A stretch of 63,732 nt of DNA, filler included, from Conidiobolus incongruus B7586 (lineage: Eukaryota), in the NCBI GenBank assembly GCA_000697335.1. It is 7 parts of 7 records of this genome, joined end to end, with 100 filler letters (N's around TTAATTAATTAA, not from the genome) between each part and the next. Parts side by side here need not be neighbours in the genome. Positions count along the whole stretch, not along the records: positions 38,356 to 49,582 come from JNEM01006349.1; positions 49,683 to 60,830 come from JNEM01006351.1; 5 more parts are not named here. The stretch is one strand, 5' to 3'. Both the position numbers and the translations under genes were made by a program. Below, one piece after another: positions 39,476 to 52,444 of the stretch. Each line of letters starts with the position of its first letter. The first letter of the stretch is position 1. Under the pieces are notes generated by a model. The model saw only the letters and a list, made by a program, of their open reading frames with translations. It did no database searches and was not told where the DNA came from.

Positions 39476-41733
39476 ATACCATTATGATAAGGCTTATACT
39501 TGTAAAATATTTTAGAATTAGCAGTACATTTCATATAAGTATAATAGTAATATGAATATTACTGAGATAATGATTTGAATAAATTCTTCATCTAAATTAG
39601 TCAAATTTGTAAATAATAGTTATTATTACGTTAATAATAATTTACATATTATATATATTATTTTTCTCAAATTTTTTAATTCTATTTCGCTCCAGATTTT
39701 AAGTAGATGTTGATTATTTATTTAAAATAATTTTAAGATTTTTATATCCACTTTTGCATATGATATTGAATTTTCTTTCATTAGTCTCTCGAGCTAATAT
39801 GTTTTATTCATATCTGCTTCTTAGATTTGTAATTTTTCAGAAATATTAAATATTGATTTTTTCATATATGTATTATAAATTCATTATATATTTTGAAATA
39901 TTAATTCAAATAGAAATTACATTTTTCATACAAAGTTTTTTTTCATTTTGAAATTATTAATTTAAAAACACTACAGAATATATTTTTGGTAATCACAAGA
40001 CTGGTAATATCGATGAAAGAACACTTAAATCCTTCAATAATAAATTAAAAATTAAATTAATTTTTATATATCAAACTTGAATATATATGCTAATAATAAA
40101 TCAATTATGAAGAATGCTTTACATCAAGTATATTTCTCTTTTTGATTTTGAAATTAATAAAATAAAACTATGCATCAATTTATAATTTATCATAGATCAT
40201 AAAACAAATGGATTAATTAATTAATAATAAATTTTAACAATGGACTCAAATTTAACCAATTTATATAATTAACTAGCTTTATTGGGGTTATGTACTTTGA
40301 AATTGCGTTGATTATTATTAAATATAAATATTTAAAAGCCTATATTGAACAATATGATAATATATTACATTATTCAAATCATAATAAGTATGAATTTAGG
40401 ATAATCTCTAATTTTTAAATAATATAAAATTAAATATATAATTTAAAAATTTGGATAAATCTAATATACCTTATAGTCAGAGAATAAATCCTATCCTTAT
40501 TAAAAATTTATTTATTATTAATGTCTCCATAAAAAATAAAATTTTTCCAATTAAAATAAATAAAATAATTTTAAATTAATTTAGAAAATATTTTTAATAT
40601 AGAAGACATCTCAGTTATTTATATTTTACCCTGTAAATAAAGGAGTATTTTAAACTTAAAATATAATAATAGTTTATTAATATATTAAAACACAAAACAA
40701 ATGATACATATGTATATATTATTAATTAATACATTCATTTTTATCCTTATTAATTCTCAATTAATGTATAAACTTAAATTAAACACTATCAATTATTAAA
40801 ATCTAAATAATAATTTGAATCTTTTACTATCTATTATAAAAACTGATAAATAGCTCTCTTTGATGATTTTTTAATTAATATTTTATCTATTAACTATGAG
40901 ATTATTACCCCTAGTTATTACTTGTAATTTATAATATTTCATACTGAAACACTCTAATATTTTACAATAAACTTACCTTACATCAAACCATACTCTAAAC
41001 TTTATTAACTTAAGTTTAATTCTTCCTTTGGAATAGAATATAAACTTCAAAAAACATTTCTTATAGTTTGAGGCAGAATCAAACAATAAATTTCCCATTA
41101 GAATTTTTTGATTCCTGACTAAAGGCACACAAATAAAATTAAATTTTGATAATTATATATATTTTTTAACTTTGGTTATATTAAGCTTGGAAAATATCTA
41201 TTCATAATCTATATTATAAATTGTATATTTTATAATCATATTATTTATTTGTAGTATGAATATGAAACCGATGATATTAGAAATTTTTTTTGAATTTGTT
41301 AAAATTGATTAATAAAATTTAATCATTAAATAAATTACTCTTACAATTTTTAATCCTGTAATATTGCGAATATCAATTTATTTATTTGGTTAACTTATAA
41401 TTTATATTGAAGGATTCAATCATATTATTCGTTGAACACAGTGTTTAACCTAATATTTGAGAAAATAAATTTAATAAATAGTGAATATAAATTTTTAAAA
41501 GTGATGTCATTTTAATTTTTTAGGGGTAATACAAAATATAAAAATTACGAATATCAGGTTTTTAGAAAAATGCAAAGTAATATGATTTTAGCGAAACTGT
41601 GTAAAATAAAAATACTAGTAATTTTTCTTTGACTAAGTGGACTATGGGTAATTAATATTAAGATAAATATACCTACACAGATGATAATTATTAAATATCA
41701 ATTGAAAATTTAACAATTTTGAATATTATTACA

Positions 41734-42237
41734 ATGACTTCTGAAACTAACTACAAAATTAGCTTTGACTACTTTTCATTCAGTAAAGTGTATTCCATCA
41801 AAGGCTCCAAAGGTGAAAAGTACTCCTTCGATCATGGTATAATGTCTTCAGGAAAATTAAAAGATCACAATAACAACACAATAGTAAAGTTGTATATTTC
41901 TAACCCAATTATGAAGTATTACAGCATGGAATTGAACTATTCGAAATCTTTTGAAGGTATGCGATTTGAGAGTCATGTATTCACTGGATTTAGTATTAGT
42001 GGCACTTATGGGGGTAAAAGTATCCAGTGGGAATGGAAATTTGGATCACTTGGGTTCAAATACACTCTAATTGATAACAATAATGGAAACCAACAGATGG
42101 CTGTTATGAACGATACTGTCATGTCGCTTAGTAAAGAGGGAAGTATTACAATTGCTGGGGGTGTACCTCCAGAGTTTCATCCAATTATCTTAGCTACAGG
42201 AAGTATGATTTGGAAGAAGAAACATGATAGACATTAA
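41734..42237 (+). CDS. Uncharacterised 167-aa protein, beta-rich with a C-terminal hydrophobic helix (tubby-C/LURP1-like architecture)
   Basis: ATG at 41734. WEWKF..YTL...MA....EGSITI......IILATGSMIW pattern. A full-length degenerate paralog exists at 47867-48400. Confidence 0.85.
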   Translation: MTSETNYKISFDYFSFSKVYSIKGSKGEKYSFDHGIMSSGKLKDHNNNTIVKLYISNPIMKYYSMELNYSKSFEGMRFESHVFTGFSISGTYGGKSIQWEWKFGSLGFKYTLIDNNNGNQQMAVMNDTVMSLSKEGSITIAGGVPPEFHPIILATGSMIWKKKHDRH

Positions 42238-44024
42238 TAATGAGTAAATAGTTATTTTATACAGTGTTAATATTAATAAATATATTATAAAAAGATATCC
42301 ATAAATGAATAATGAAAATTCTTTATTTAATAATTAACTTCATATAAATTAAAAATTTTAACCAACATAAAAATGTATTACTTATTATTTTCAAAATATA
42401 CTTTTTTGTTTACAGAATTCAATCATTTTATAAATTTTTAATCACTTGAATATATTTTTTGTGAAAATATTAGTTAATCATTCAAATTCTATACCTAATA
42501 TATTTCTAATAATATAATTTTTCAATTAATCTAATATTATCTTGAATAATTCTTCAATTATCTAATATTATTGAATCATGATAATATTACTATATAGATT
42601 AAATCTCTGAAACCTAGAAAATGACTCGTAAAAACACTTTGCTTTATTTATGACCATTGTAGAATTATGAATATCTGAAAAATTGATAATTCAAATTAAA
42701 AATCAAGATATCTATTAATATACTAACATTCATTAAAATTGATTTCTAAATATTTCTTAATTTATTTAAAAAGAATTAACTTGATAGATATAATAAAACT
42801 TTGATAATGTTATTATATCAATTATATTTATAAATATATTCTTATATGGATTTTTGAAATTCTAATCAGTATAAATATATAATATTAGAAACCGCCTGAA
42901 ATTACAAATATGTGACATAATAAAATCAAAGGAAAATTTCAATACTAGTGTCATTTTATAAAATATGAATAAATATTGCTATACATATTAAATTCAATTT
43001 CAAGAATTTAATTAATTAATGTTTTGAATGAAATAATTATACAAAATTAAAGTGTATATAATTGAAAAAAATAATATTAAAAACAAAGTTAAAATGACAC
43101 AATTGCTATAATTGTTAAAAAAATATTATTTGATATTAATAGGTCATTATTTCAATTATTATATTAGGAATAATATTTGAAAAATATATTATTAAACAAT
43201 TCTAGTAATTACATTTATTGAAATAATCAAATTATCTTTTGAAAGCTACAAGAAATCATATATAAGTCAATCGTCATTCAAGTATAAATTTAACATATAC
43301 CATTTCATGTTATTCTATGACCAAGATTAATGAAGTTTAATAAACACACCAGAAATAATTTTTGTAACTATTAGATAAGAATTGAGTTTTGTTAGAATAG
43401 GGGAATATAAAAGGTTTAATAAGCATAGGTATTACGTTAAGTTATCAATAATTAATATTCAAAATATATCAATTATCAAAGTGTTTGTTTAATATTAAAG
43501 AACATTGAATCCTCTTAACCGAATAAATTTAGAAATTACTTTGACAATTAACACAAAAATAATAAATTTGAAATCATATTCTTAAAGATATCAAGGAACG
43601 TTATCCTTATTCTAATCGTTCATATCTGGTATAATTTAAATGTCTATTAAATCATAATAATTCAAATACATAATCTTTCAATAACCACTGATATCATTAT
43701 AGTAAAACCCTGAACAGTTCTTAAAAAATCGTCCAATTCAATTTGAGGCAATAATTAATCCTTTTTAATCTAAAATTGGTTGAATCTGATTGGTTAATGA
43801 TGAAATCTTAATGTTAATCATGACGATTTTTTTAATAAATGAAATACAAGATTTTTTATTTTATTTTTTTTTCTTTGTTTTTATATTTAAAAATTAATAT
43901 TAGATATTAAAAATTTTAATTTTAAAAGAATTGTTTTAATTTTACTTTATTTTATTGTAGTATTAAAATATATTAAAAAAAATCTATTAAATTTTAATTT
44001 AAAGAAGTGTAAATTTCAATTATA

Positions 44025-45447
44025 ATGTCTAATTTATCACAATTGAATAAAACTCAACAGTTGCAACCACAGCAACCAAGTCCCACCCTATGCTCTACAT
44101 CTAGCACTTCAATCGAAGATGAAATTGAAGACATTGTACTAATCAATTCGACCTCTCCTTCTCAGGTTTACGATATTACGAACAGTCCCGGAACATATCC
44201 CCAACGTCAGACGGTAACGTTAAAATCACCTTCTCCTTTACGATTACCCGAGAGGCAGCCTACCCCACCTCCAATGAATTTGGATACGGTAAAAAGATGC
44301 TGGATATGTTTAGGGGATGAAATGGACAGTGAGGGTAGGTGGGTAAAGCCTTGTTTTTGCAGTTTGTCAAGTCATGAGCACTGTTTATTGAGTTGGATTA
44401 GGGAGAATCAAAAGGACAACCCCACCAAAAAGGTAATTTTATAATATATTTTATATTTTTTAACTAATGTTGAAATTAGGTTCAATGTCCCCAATGTAAT
44501 TCCACATACCAATTCGCTGAGCCTTCCAGTCTTATCGTCGATTTATTTTCCAAAGTCGATAACCTTTTATTGAGTGCAGTGCCTTACTTTTCGATTTTTG
44601 GTCTCACTTGTTCGATTTTGATAACGAGCACAACTTACGGGTAAATTTTATATTGTGAACCCTTTTCAATTCAATGTTATTAATTATTGTTTAGAGCTTA
44701 TGCTGTTTTGACAATTTGTGGAGTGGAGGAAGGCGAAAGAATTTTAGGGAGTCCAGATCCATGGGGTTGGAGAGTTTGGGTAAGATTTTACGATTCTTCC
44801 AATACTGCTGATTATTAATAATTATCTAGGTTGGATTGCCATTAATCCCATTTATCCTCATTTCCTCCAGAACAACCTATTTAGATCACTTAATACCACT
44901 ACTTCCAGCTTTATTCATCAAAAACGACCAAATTGAATTCTCATTCCCACCATCACCTGCACTCACAGTCAGTTTATTACCATGGGTAAGATTGGTATAC
45001 AACTTCGGGTACAACCACTTCTTCGGCGACATCGAAACCAAATGGCGCGAACACTTCCGCAACTTCAACACCAATGCCACCTTCACTGTCGAGGGAGGCG
45101 CCAACCTTCAGCAGGACGACAACAACCAAGACGCTGAAGGCGATTTCTTCGGCGGAGGCAACAATGATAACAATATGATGATGCGCGGTCAGTACCGCTT
45201 CAACTTCTTCCGGGATTTGGTACGACCCATCGTCGGGGCGCTCTTCGTTCCCGCCATCTGCTCCTTTTCAGGATATGTCCTCTACCAGATTCCCTTCCTC
45301 AGATCGCGGTTGACAGAACCTTTTCATCGTAATATTTTAGGAGGTTGCTTGTTCATCGTATTAAAGGATTTGTTATCCTTATTCTATAAGTATCAATTAT
45401 TGAAGAGGTATAGGACAAGACAAGTTCGATCCGTTAGAGACGATTAA
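44025..45447 (+). CDS. RING-CH membrane E3 ubiquitin ligase, MARCH5/MITOL-like, about 423 aa, 4 exons
   Basis: Exons 44025-44432, 44480-44640, 44695-44779 and 44830-45447 splice in frame. RING-CH CWIC..WVKPCFC..HEHCLLSW..CPQC, followed by TYGA, GLPLIPFIL and R-ILGGCLF transmembrane motifs. Confidence 0.92.
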
Positions 45448-45939
45448 ATTTTCGAGTGATTTCTATATTCGCATTGCCCTTTGATATTTTAATATTTCAT
45501 TTTGAATCAAAATATATTAATTTTAAAAAAATTGTAGGTTGGTTTTGATTTTTTCAGGTTATATTTATGTAATTTAAATATCAGTAACAAATTCTACTCA
45601 ATCAATTAATATTGATAATTTATAATCATTTAATCATTAATTGATTACAAATTTAAATTCATCATTTTAGTTTAAAGATTGACCTAGAGTATTTCAATAA
45701 TGAATATTATTACTTTGTATCTTTCAATTTTTCAAAAATTCTATTAATAATCATTTTTCTAATTTATTTAATATAACGTCTGATTAAGATAGAATCCCAC
45801 AACTCCAAATATAAATAAGTAAAAATATAAATTATTATTTTGTGGATGAGAAAATTGAAATTATGAATTAATAAAATAGATCAATAAATAATATTAATAG
45901 ATACATATTTTTTTAAATTATTAATCGAAACATAAAATT

Positions 45940-47343
45940 ATGGAATCTCAATTAGACGAAGTAAATATTAATATCGCTGTGGCTTTAATTCATTATTAAT
46001 TTGACTTATTAGCTATTACAATTTGTTTTAGATCCTCAGCCCAATGTAAGTGAATTCCTTTTAAAAAATTTCAAATTGTATATTAATGAATAATCAGGTT
46101 CGCGAAGTAGCTACCGAACACATTTTAAGTTTTTCCACGAGTTCCACATCAGAAGATATTTTAAACTATTTTATTTCTAAGGCCGAAAAAGTAGTGGGTC
46201 TTTTGGTTGAAGTTTTTAGAATTGACTGGTTTCAAAATCCTGTAATGAATAATAGTCATAAACTTGAATAATTAGGGCTGATTTTAACTTTAGAAAGTAG
46301 CTTATAATGCAATCAGTGCTTTAACCAATTTCAGTGTATTTGAAGAATTTTCCAAACATTTAGACTCTGAAGCATTTTTACAACTTTTAATGAGCGTGAT
46401 CAATTTTAAAGAAACCATCTTAGCTGATCCTATCGCCATGTACCTTAGCAATTTAACCAAACATGAGGAGCGCGCCATTCAATTGGTCAAGTATCCCCAT
46501 GCTTTGGACTCCCTTAGTACTCTATTCGTTCGTGGAGTTGATAAGAGTTTGAATCCAGAAGCCAATTTTAACTTTTTAGCTTCCGTATTCGTCAACTTGA
46601 GCGTTTTCCCAAAGACTAGATACTACTTTTTGGAGCCTTCCGAGGAGGATGGACTCTTACCCATTACTAGATTGATGGTGTTTTCTGAACACAGTGATAT
46701 TATTAGACGAGGCGGTGTTATTTCAGCTATCAAGTAAGTAAACTCTTAGTTAATATTGGATGTGTATTTAATATTATTTAGAAATTGCTGTTTTGATACC
46801 AAATATCACCCCACCATTTTGACACCTGGTCCCACTGATATTTTACCCTATATTTTACTACCTTTATGTGGTCCCGAAGAATTCGACGACGATGTAAATC
46901 TACCCAAATCCAATATAATATTCTATAGCTAACCCAATATTCATTAGGATATGGATGGTATGCCCGAAGACATTCAACTTCTTCCAGACGACAAAAAACG
47001 CGAACAGGATCCCATCCTCAGATTAGCCTTGGTCGAATCTTTAATTCTCCTATGTTCTACGCGCGAATGTCGTGATATTTTACGCAAACGCAAAGTGTAC
47101 CCCGTGGTCCGCAACCTCCATCTCAAAGAAAGTGACGAAAGCGTCATCGAAGCCATTGAAAAACTTGTCAATTTACTTAAGCGTAACGAGGAGGGCGAAG
47201 AAACTCAAGGCGATTTGGATCTCCAAAACCAGGTCAAGCGCGCCAGACTCGAGTACTTGCAGCCCGATAGTCAAACTCAACCACAAACTCAAGTACACGA
47301 GGAAGAAGAAGATGAAGACATGATTATTGAAGAAATTGTCTAA
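45940..47343 (+). CDS. HGH1: Hgh1/FAM203 (eEF2 chaperone), about 381 aa, 6 exons
   Basis: Exons 45940-45960, 46013-46045, 46098-46241, 46294-46733, 46782-46893 and 46948-47343 splice in frame. Motifs MYLSNLTK, IRRGGVISAIKNCCFD, LPYILLPLCGPEE, LQLLPDDKKRE-like and VYPVVRNLH. Confidence 0.95.
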
Positions 47344-47866
47344 ATGAATAGAATTTTATAGATTTAATGATAATATTATTATTTCGTCTAACCAATATTA
47401 TTTTTTGATCACACCCAAATTGATATTTTATCATAATAATTATCAACAATTCATTTTAATTATTCCAATTCAAAATTGGCCAATATATTTTCATTAACAT
47501 TATTATAATCATTATTATATGGCAAATAAGTTAACATTGATCAATTTTTTTGCAACATTAGATCATTCCAAAATTTTGATTAAAATTTGTCCATACTTCA
47601 AAAATCAATCTCTCTGATTGAAAATAAAATGATCATTACCTTTACTTTTAATTCTGATTTTACAATCAATTTTTAAAATTCTATTAGTAGGTATAATCAT
47701 CCATAATGTTTTAATTAATATAATTGGTAATTTGATTACAATTAAATTTGAATATTAGTGAGGAAAAATATAGATTTTTAGGATGACATAATGTTATATT
47801 AAAATTAATAGATTGATAATTGATATTAACTGGAAAATTAAATATTAAAAAACTTGGTGATAGATA

Positions 47867-48400
47867 TTATGACATTAATGTTTTAATTGATATCCTTAAG
47901 CATTTTCTATTGTGTTTCTTCCAAATTAAACATATTGTAGCCAAAATAATTAAATCAAATTCGTCTAGTACATCCTTAGAAGTTTTAATATCTCCCTCTT
48001 TAGTCATCAACATGATTGTATCTTCTATCTTAGCCAACTAATAATTACCGTATTTTACATCACCTAAGACAAACTTCAATCTCGAATTTTGAAATTTCCA
48101 TTCTCAATCAATTCTTTAACTGTTGTACTTTGCAACAATACTAAAATCAGTCAACACCTGATTATGAATTGCAACTAGTTGAACCTCGTTTCGTAATTTA
48201 ATTCCGTATTGTAAAATTATATAAAAGAAGTTAATGAACAATGTTAATCATTGTTTTAAGGTTGGAACCTTTTAGTTTTGCAGAAGATATCATACTGTGG
48301 TTAAATGAGATTTTCTGACTGTTGGCACCTTCAGCGAAATACGTTTTACAGATTTAAAAGTAAACGAATTGAATTCAATATTTGATTTGAATTGTTATTG
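47867..48400 (-). pseudogene. Pseudogene paralog of the 41734-42237 gene
   Basis: Minus strand reads SFNHSMISSAKLK, YNTELNY and LTDFSIVAKYNS*RID*EWKF..GNY*LAKIEDTIMLMTKEGDI..EFDLIILATICLIWKKH. This is collinear with SFDHGIMSSGKLK, YSMELNY and FTGFSISGTYGGKSIQWEWKF..GNQQMAVMNDTVMSLSKEGSI..EFHPIILATGSMIWKKK. It has at least 3 in-frame stops plus frameshifts. Confidence 0.9.
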
Positions 48401-48971
48401 TTTTTGTTTAATATATTGATATTATCGAACCAATATCCCTTTTTCAAGAGAATGGATAGAATTGATAACACTCTTGAGCTTTTGTTATCTAATTACTCGT
48501 CTTGAATTTTTCAAGTTTTGCCAAATTCATTGAAAATTTCCAAGTAATCACATTGAAATTTGACTTCCAGACTTGGATCACTACTGGGTAAAGTTCAAAT
48601 ACACCATTTGCAATGTTTGTTAATTCATTTTTATTCTAATAAATGAATTGATTTTAGACATAAATTAACTTATAATTATAACTTGAACCAGTATTTTATT
48701 AAAAAAATTGTATTTAAAGTTTTTGGTGTATTTGATATAAGATAAAATTTTATTATGAAAATATATGAAATTATTATATCATGGATTCAATATCTGATCT
48801 ATTCTTTGTATATTATTATATTCCATAAAAATGATTATAATTTAAGTCAATTATCAATTTTTGCTATAACTTTAAAATGATTTATACTAAGTTGAATTTT
48901 GGATAATGATGAGATTATTAATAGGTATAATTATATGGTTATTCAAGATATCACCTATATTTTCTATTATA

Positions 48972-49582
48972 TCACTTTGTAATTTAAATAATGGGAATTT
49001 TTTGCAATTGAAAAAAATAAAGATTTTGATATATAATATATATTATAAAATTAATAATTTCTTATATTTCTAATAACTTTTTTCTATACTTTTGGTAAAG
49101 TTCTAATACTTAAAAAATAGTTTTTTTTATTAAAGACTAAAATTTAATATTTTACAAACTAATTATATTTTCCTATAGAAATTTTTTTGTAAGCTAGTTT
49201 TTTAATTACCTAAACAATTATAATTATATAAGTTATAATCTAAAGAATATATTAGATATAGTAGTTTTTTCTAGTTATTTTTAATTAAAAGATTTTTTAT
49301 AACTTTAACTTTATATATTTTATAATTTTCATATAAAATAATAAGTTTTTTAAATTATATTAAGAATATTATTTAAAAATATTTCTATTTAAAAAAACAA
49401 TATAGTTTATTATTAATTAAATTTTTTTTAAAAATTAAATAAAAATAACATATATTATTATAATTTATAATAAAAACTAATATTCACTTATCAATATAAT
49501 ATTTATTTAAAAGAATTTATAAAAAGGGTTAATTTAATTTAAAATTTTGATTTATATTTTAACAAAAAATTATATAAAAAGA
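48972..49582 (-). mobile_element. Mariner copy (3' half plus TIR), truncated by a gap
   Basis: Collinear with 36611-37245. TIR TCACTTTGTAATTTAAATAATGGGAATTTTTTGCAATT follows a TA. Confidence 0.85.
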
Positions 49583-49804
49583 NNNNNNNNNNNNNNNNNN
49601 NNNNNNNNNNNNNNNNNNNNNNNNNNTTAATTAATTAANNNNNNNNNNNNNNNNNNNNNNNNNNNNNNNNNNNNNNNNNNNNATTTTTTTAATAAAAATT
49701 TGATTTAAAAAAATTTTATATAAGTTTTTACAAAATTTATATTATTGATTAATTAATTATATAGTTTAATATATTATAAAAATATAAGATTATTATATAA
49801 AAAT

Positions 49805-50204
49805 TGTTAAGAGACTAGTTCTCTAAATTCTTATATACACTTTCATATAATCCAATTAACTATAAATTATATGATTAATTTATACTTATATAGTTAAATT
49901 AATTGTATAAATAGTATTAAATTATTTAATAAACTAGGTTCCTCTTTTTTCCTCTTAATTCTTACTATTTTTTACTTTTACACTATTTCTAAGATTGAGA
50001 CTATATTCTGTCGATATTGTAGGATATTGGCACTACCTAATATAAATCTTAATATATCGGTGACTCATCCTAGTTCGAAGCTTAATTAAACTTTGTTTAC
50101 ACTTGCACGCTACAGCCACGTTATATTACCACGTTCTGCACCACACCACTTTTATATTAAGTCTTCCTCTGCACTATATTAGTTTAACTACCACTACACT
50201 TACA
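49805..50204. mobile_element. Solo LTR, 400 bp, with 5-bp TSD
   Basis: TGTTAAG...CTTACA ends, with AAAAT on both flanks (49800-49804 and 50205-50209). A second copy lies at 169-2144. Confidence 0.88.
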
Positions 50205-50985
50205 AAAATAAAATAAATTATAGCAAGAATTTTTCAGATAAAAAAAATATATATATAATTAAAGGTATATTAATTAAATTAAAAATTAAAATATAAATAT
50301 AAATTTTATATTTAATAAATTTATCTATATTATATTTAAATTTTTCAATATAAAATTAAATAAAAAATAATCTTAAAATATTCCCTATAATTAGTTTTTA
50401 ATTTTAATATACTTGGAAATATAAAATATGATAAAATATTTATATTAAGATAATAATATTAGTAATAACTTAATACAAAATATATAAAATCTATTTAATA
50501 TATAAATAAATATATTATACCATGGATCCAAAATTAAATTAAATGGAATGAAAAAATTATTATATTCAAAAAAAAATTTAATATTTCATTATAAATATAT
50601 ATAGTTATTAAATAATATTAAAGTATTATTCAAAAACAATATTAATAATCAAATATAAAAATTTATAATTTTTTTAATAAATAAAGTTTAAGAAATGACT
50701 GGATATATAAAAACAAATAATTAAACTAGCAAAATTATAAATATTTGAACCATCATTTGATTAAAGCTGAATAATTATAATGTGATGTCATAGAATCAAT
50801 ATTAAGTAATTTTTTATATAGTATAAATTAAAAATTTTATAAAAAAATAGATTTATCAATTTTATTGAAATGTTGGAATGAGGCAAATGGTATCCCATAA
50901 TTACAAAATTGATATATTTTAAATTAAATAAATGATGCCATATAATTCAAATTGTAATTTTAGTTAGTTAATTATTAATATTAAA

Positions 50986-52444
50986 ATGCATCATAATTTG
51001 ACAATCATAAAATCATTTTCAAAATCCAATGTTATAAAATCAAGTTTAAATCTATACTTCTTGGGTCGAATATTCATCGTTTTCACCTAATTTTATTTTA
51101 TTAATTTAAGATTAATTTAATTATCAATTTATAGACACTCAATTTACATCCTGATATCCTAAATAACTTGAAAACTAAATTTAATATCTCACAGGCAACT
51201 CCAATTCAATCAGTCTTAATTCCTGCTTTGGATTCAAAGAATCCTGTTTTATTAAGGGACTTTACGGAGTCAGGAAAAACCTTTGGAGCTATAATTGCTT
51301 TAATTAACTCAGGATATGTTGAGGAAAAGAATAATATGCCAAAACAACTCACAAGAATTTTGTTGGTTCCTAATAGAGAGCTTGCTTCGCAGATTTTCAA
51401 TTGGGCTGAGCTGCTTCTAGATGATCTATACCCACCCACCCATCTTCATCACCAGGTCCAGGTCATGTATAAAGATAAAGAAACTGAACAAAAGCAAATT
51501 AGACAATTTCTTGACTATACACCAAGGCTACTAATCAATACACCTAAATTTGCATGGGATCTTTATCATATGAATTCTTCTAAATGGAATTCACTAGGCT
51601 GGCTGGTTTTGGATGAGGTCGATTTGCTTCTTAACCTTCCTCCAAGGTACTCCACACAGTCTAAAATTAAAAACCGACTAAAACATCCATCACCAACTCA
51701 TCTTTTACTCTCTAAACTTTTTACTGGTGTAACAGGTACAGACACCAACAAACCGGCCAACCATTTACCTGCAATTACTGCCATGTCTGCTACTTTGAGT
51801 CGACCTGTAAGACACTACTTTAGAGAAAATAATTCGATGTTTAGTCCTTTATTCATTGATGGTGTAAGTTCATCTCAATCCCCACCTAATATCAGACATA
51901 TCTGCTTATTGGTCAATGAAAAGGGAATCAGAAATATCGATATGCACAAAGAAGAAGGTGCCGGATCAAATTTCATTTCTGAACAAGGGTTTGACCCTAG
52001 TGTAAGCGATGAATTGGATTATAAGCTTATACTGCAGATTGCTAATATCATCCACTCCAAACCTACCTCACAGACCACTATGTTAATTATCAAAGATACT
52101 CAAAGTTGCCAAAAACTGATTCAGCAGCTCCAAAACACAGGAATCGAAGCACATTCTATTGAATGTAAATTAGAGAAGACATATATTTAGTTGGTACTGA
52201 AACTTTAATACGAGGAATCGATCTTCCTAATGTCGACTTTGTCATATTTGTTGGAATGCCCAAATCTCCCTCCCATTATCTACACGCTTCAGGTCGTACA
52301 GGGAGATATGGTCGACCAGGAATTGCTTTAACTATCATTAAAGAAAATGGAAGAATAGAGGATAAAATGAGAACGATGCTTAAGAACATTCAAGCAAATG
52401 TGATCTCTTTGAATCAAATCCAACCTAACAATCAATCTTGCTAG
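50986..52444 (+). CDS. DEAD-box RNA helicase-like protein; 5' structure uncertain, frame break at about 52165-52190, possibly a pseudogene
   Basis: Q motif ATPIQ, motif I DFTESGKT, Ia VPNRELA, Ib TPK, II DEVD and III SAT lie in 51135-52190. Motifs V (TETLIRGIDLPNV) and VI (HASGRTGR) are in a different frame at 52172-52444. The start at 50986 is tentative. Confidence 0.8.

Noticed and set aside
47820..48041. 73-aa plus-strand ORF
   Set aside because: It is the antisense shadow of the minus-strand pseudogene.
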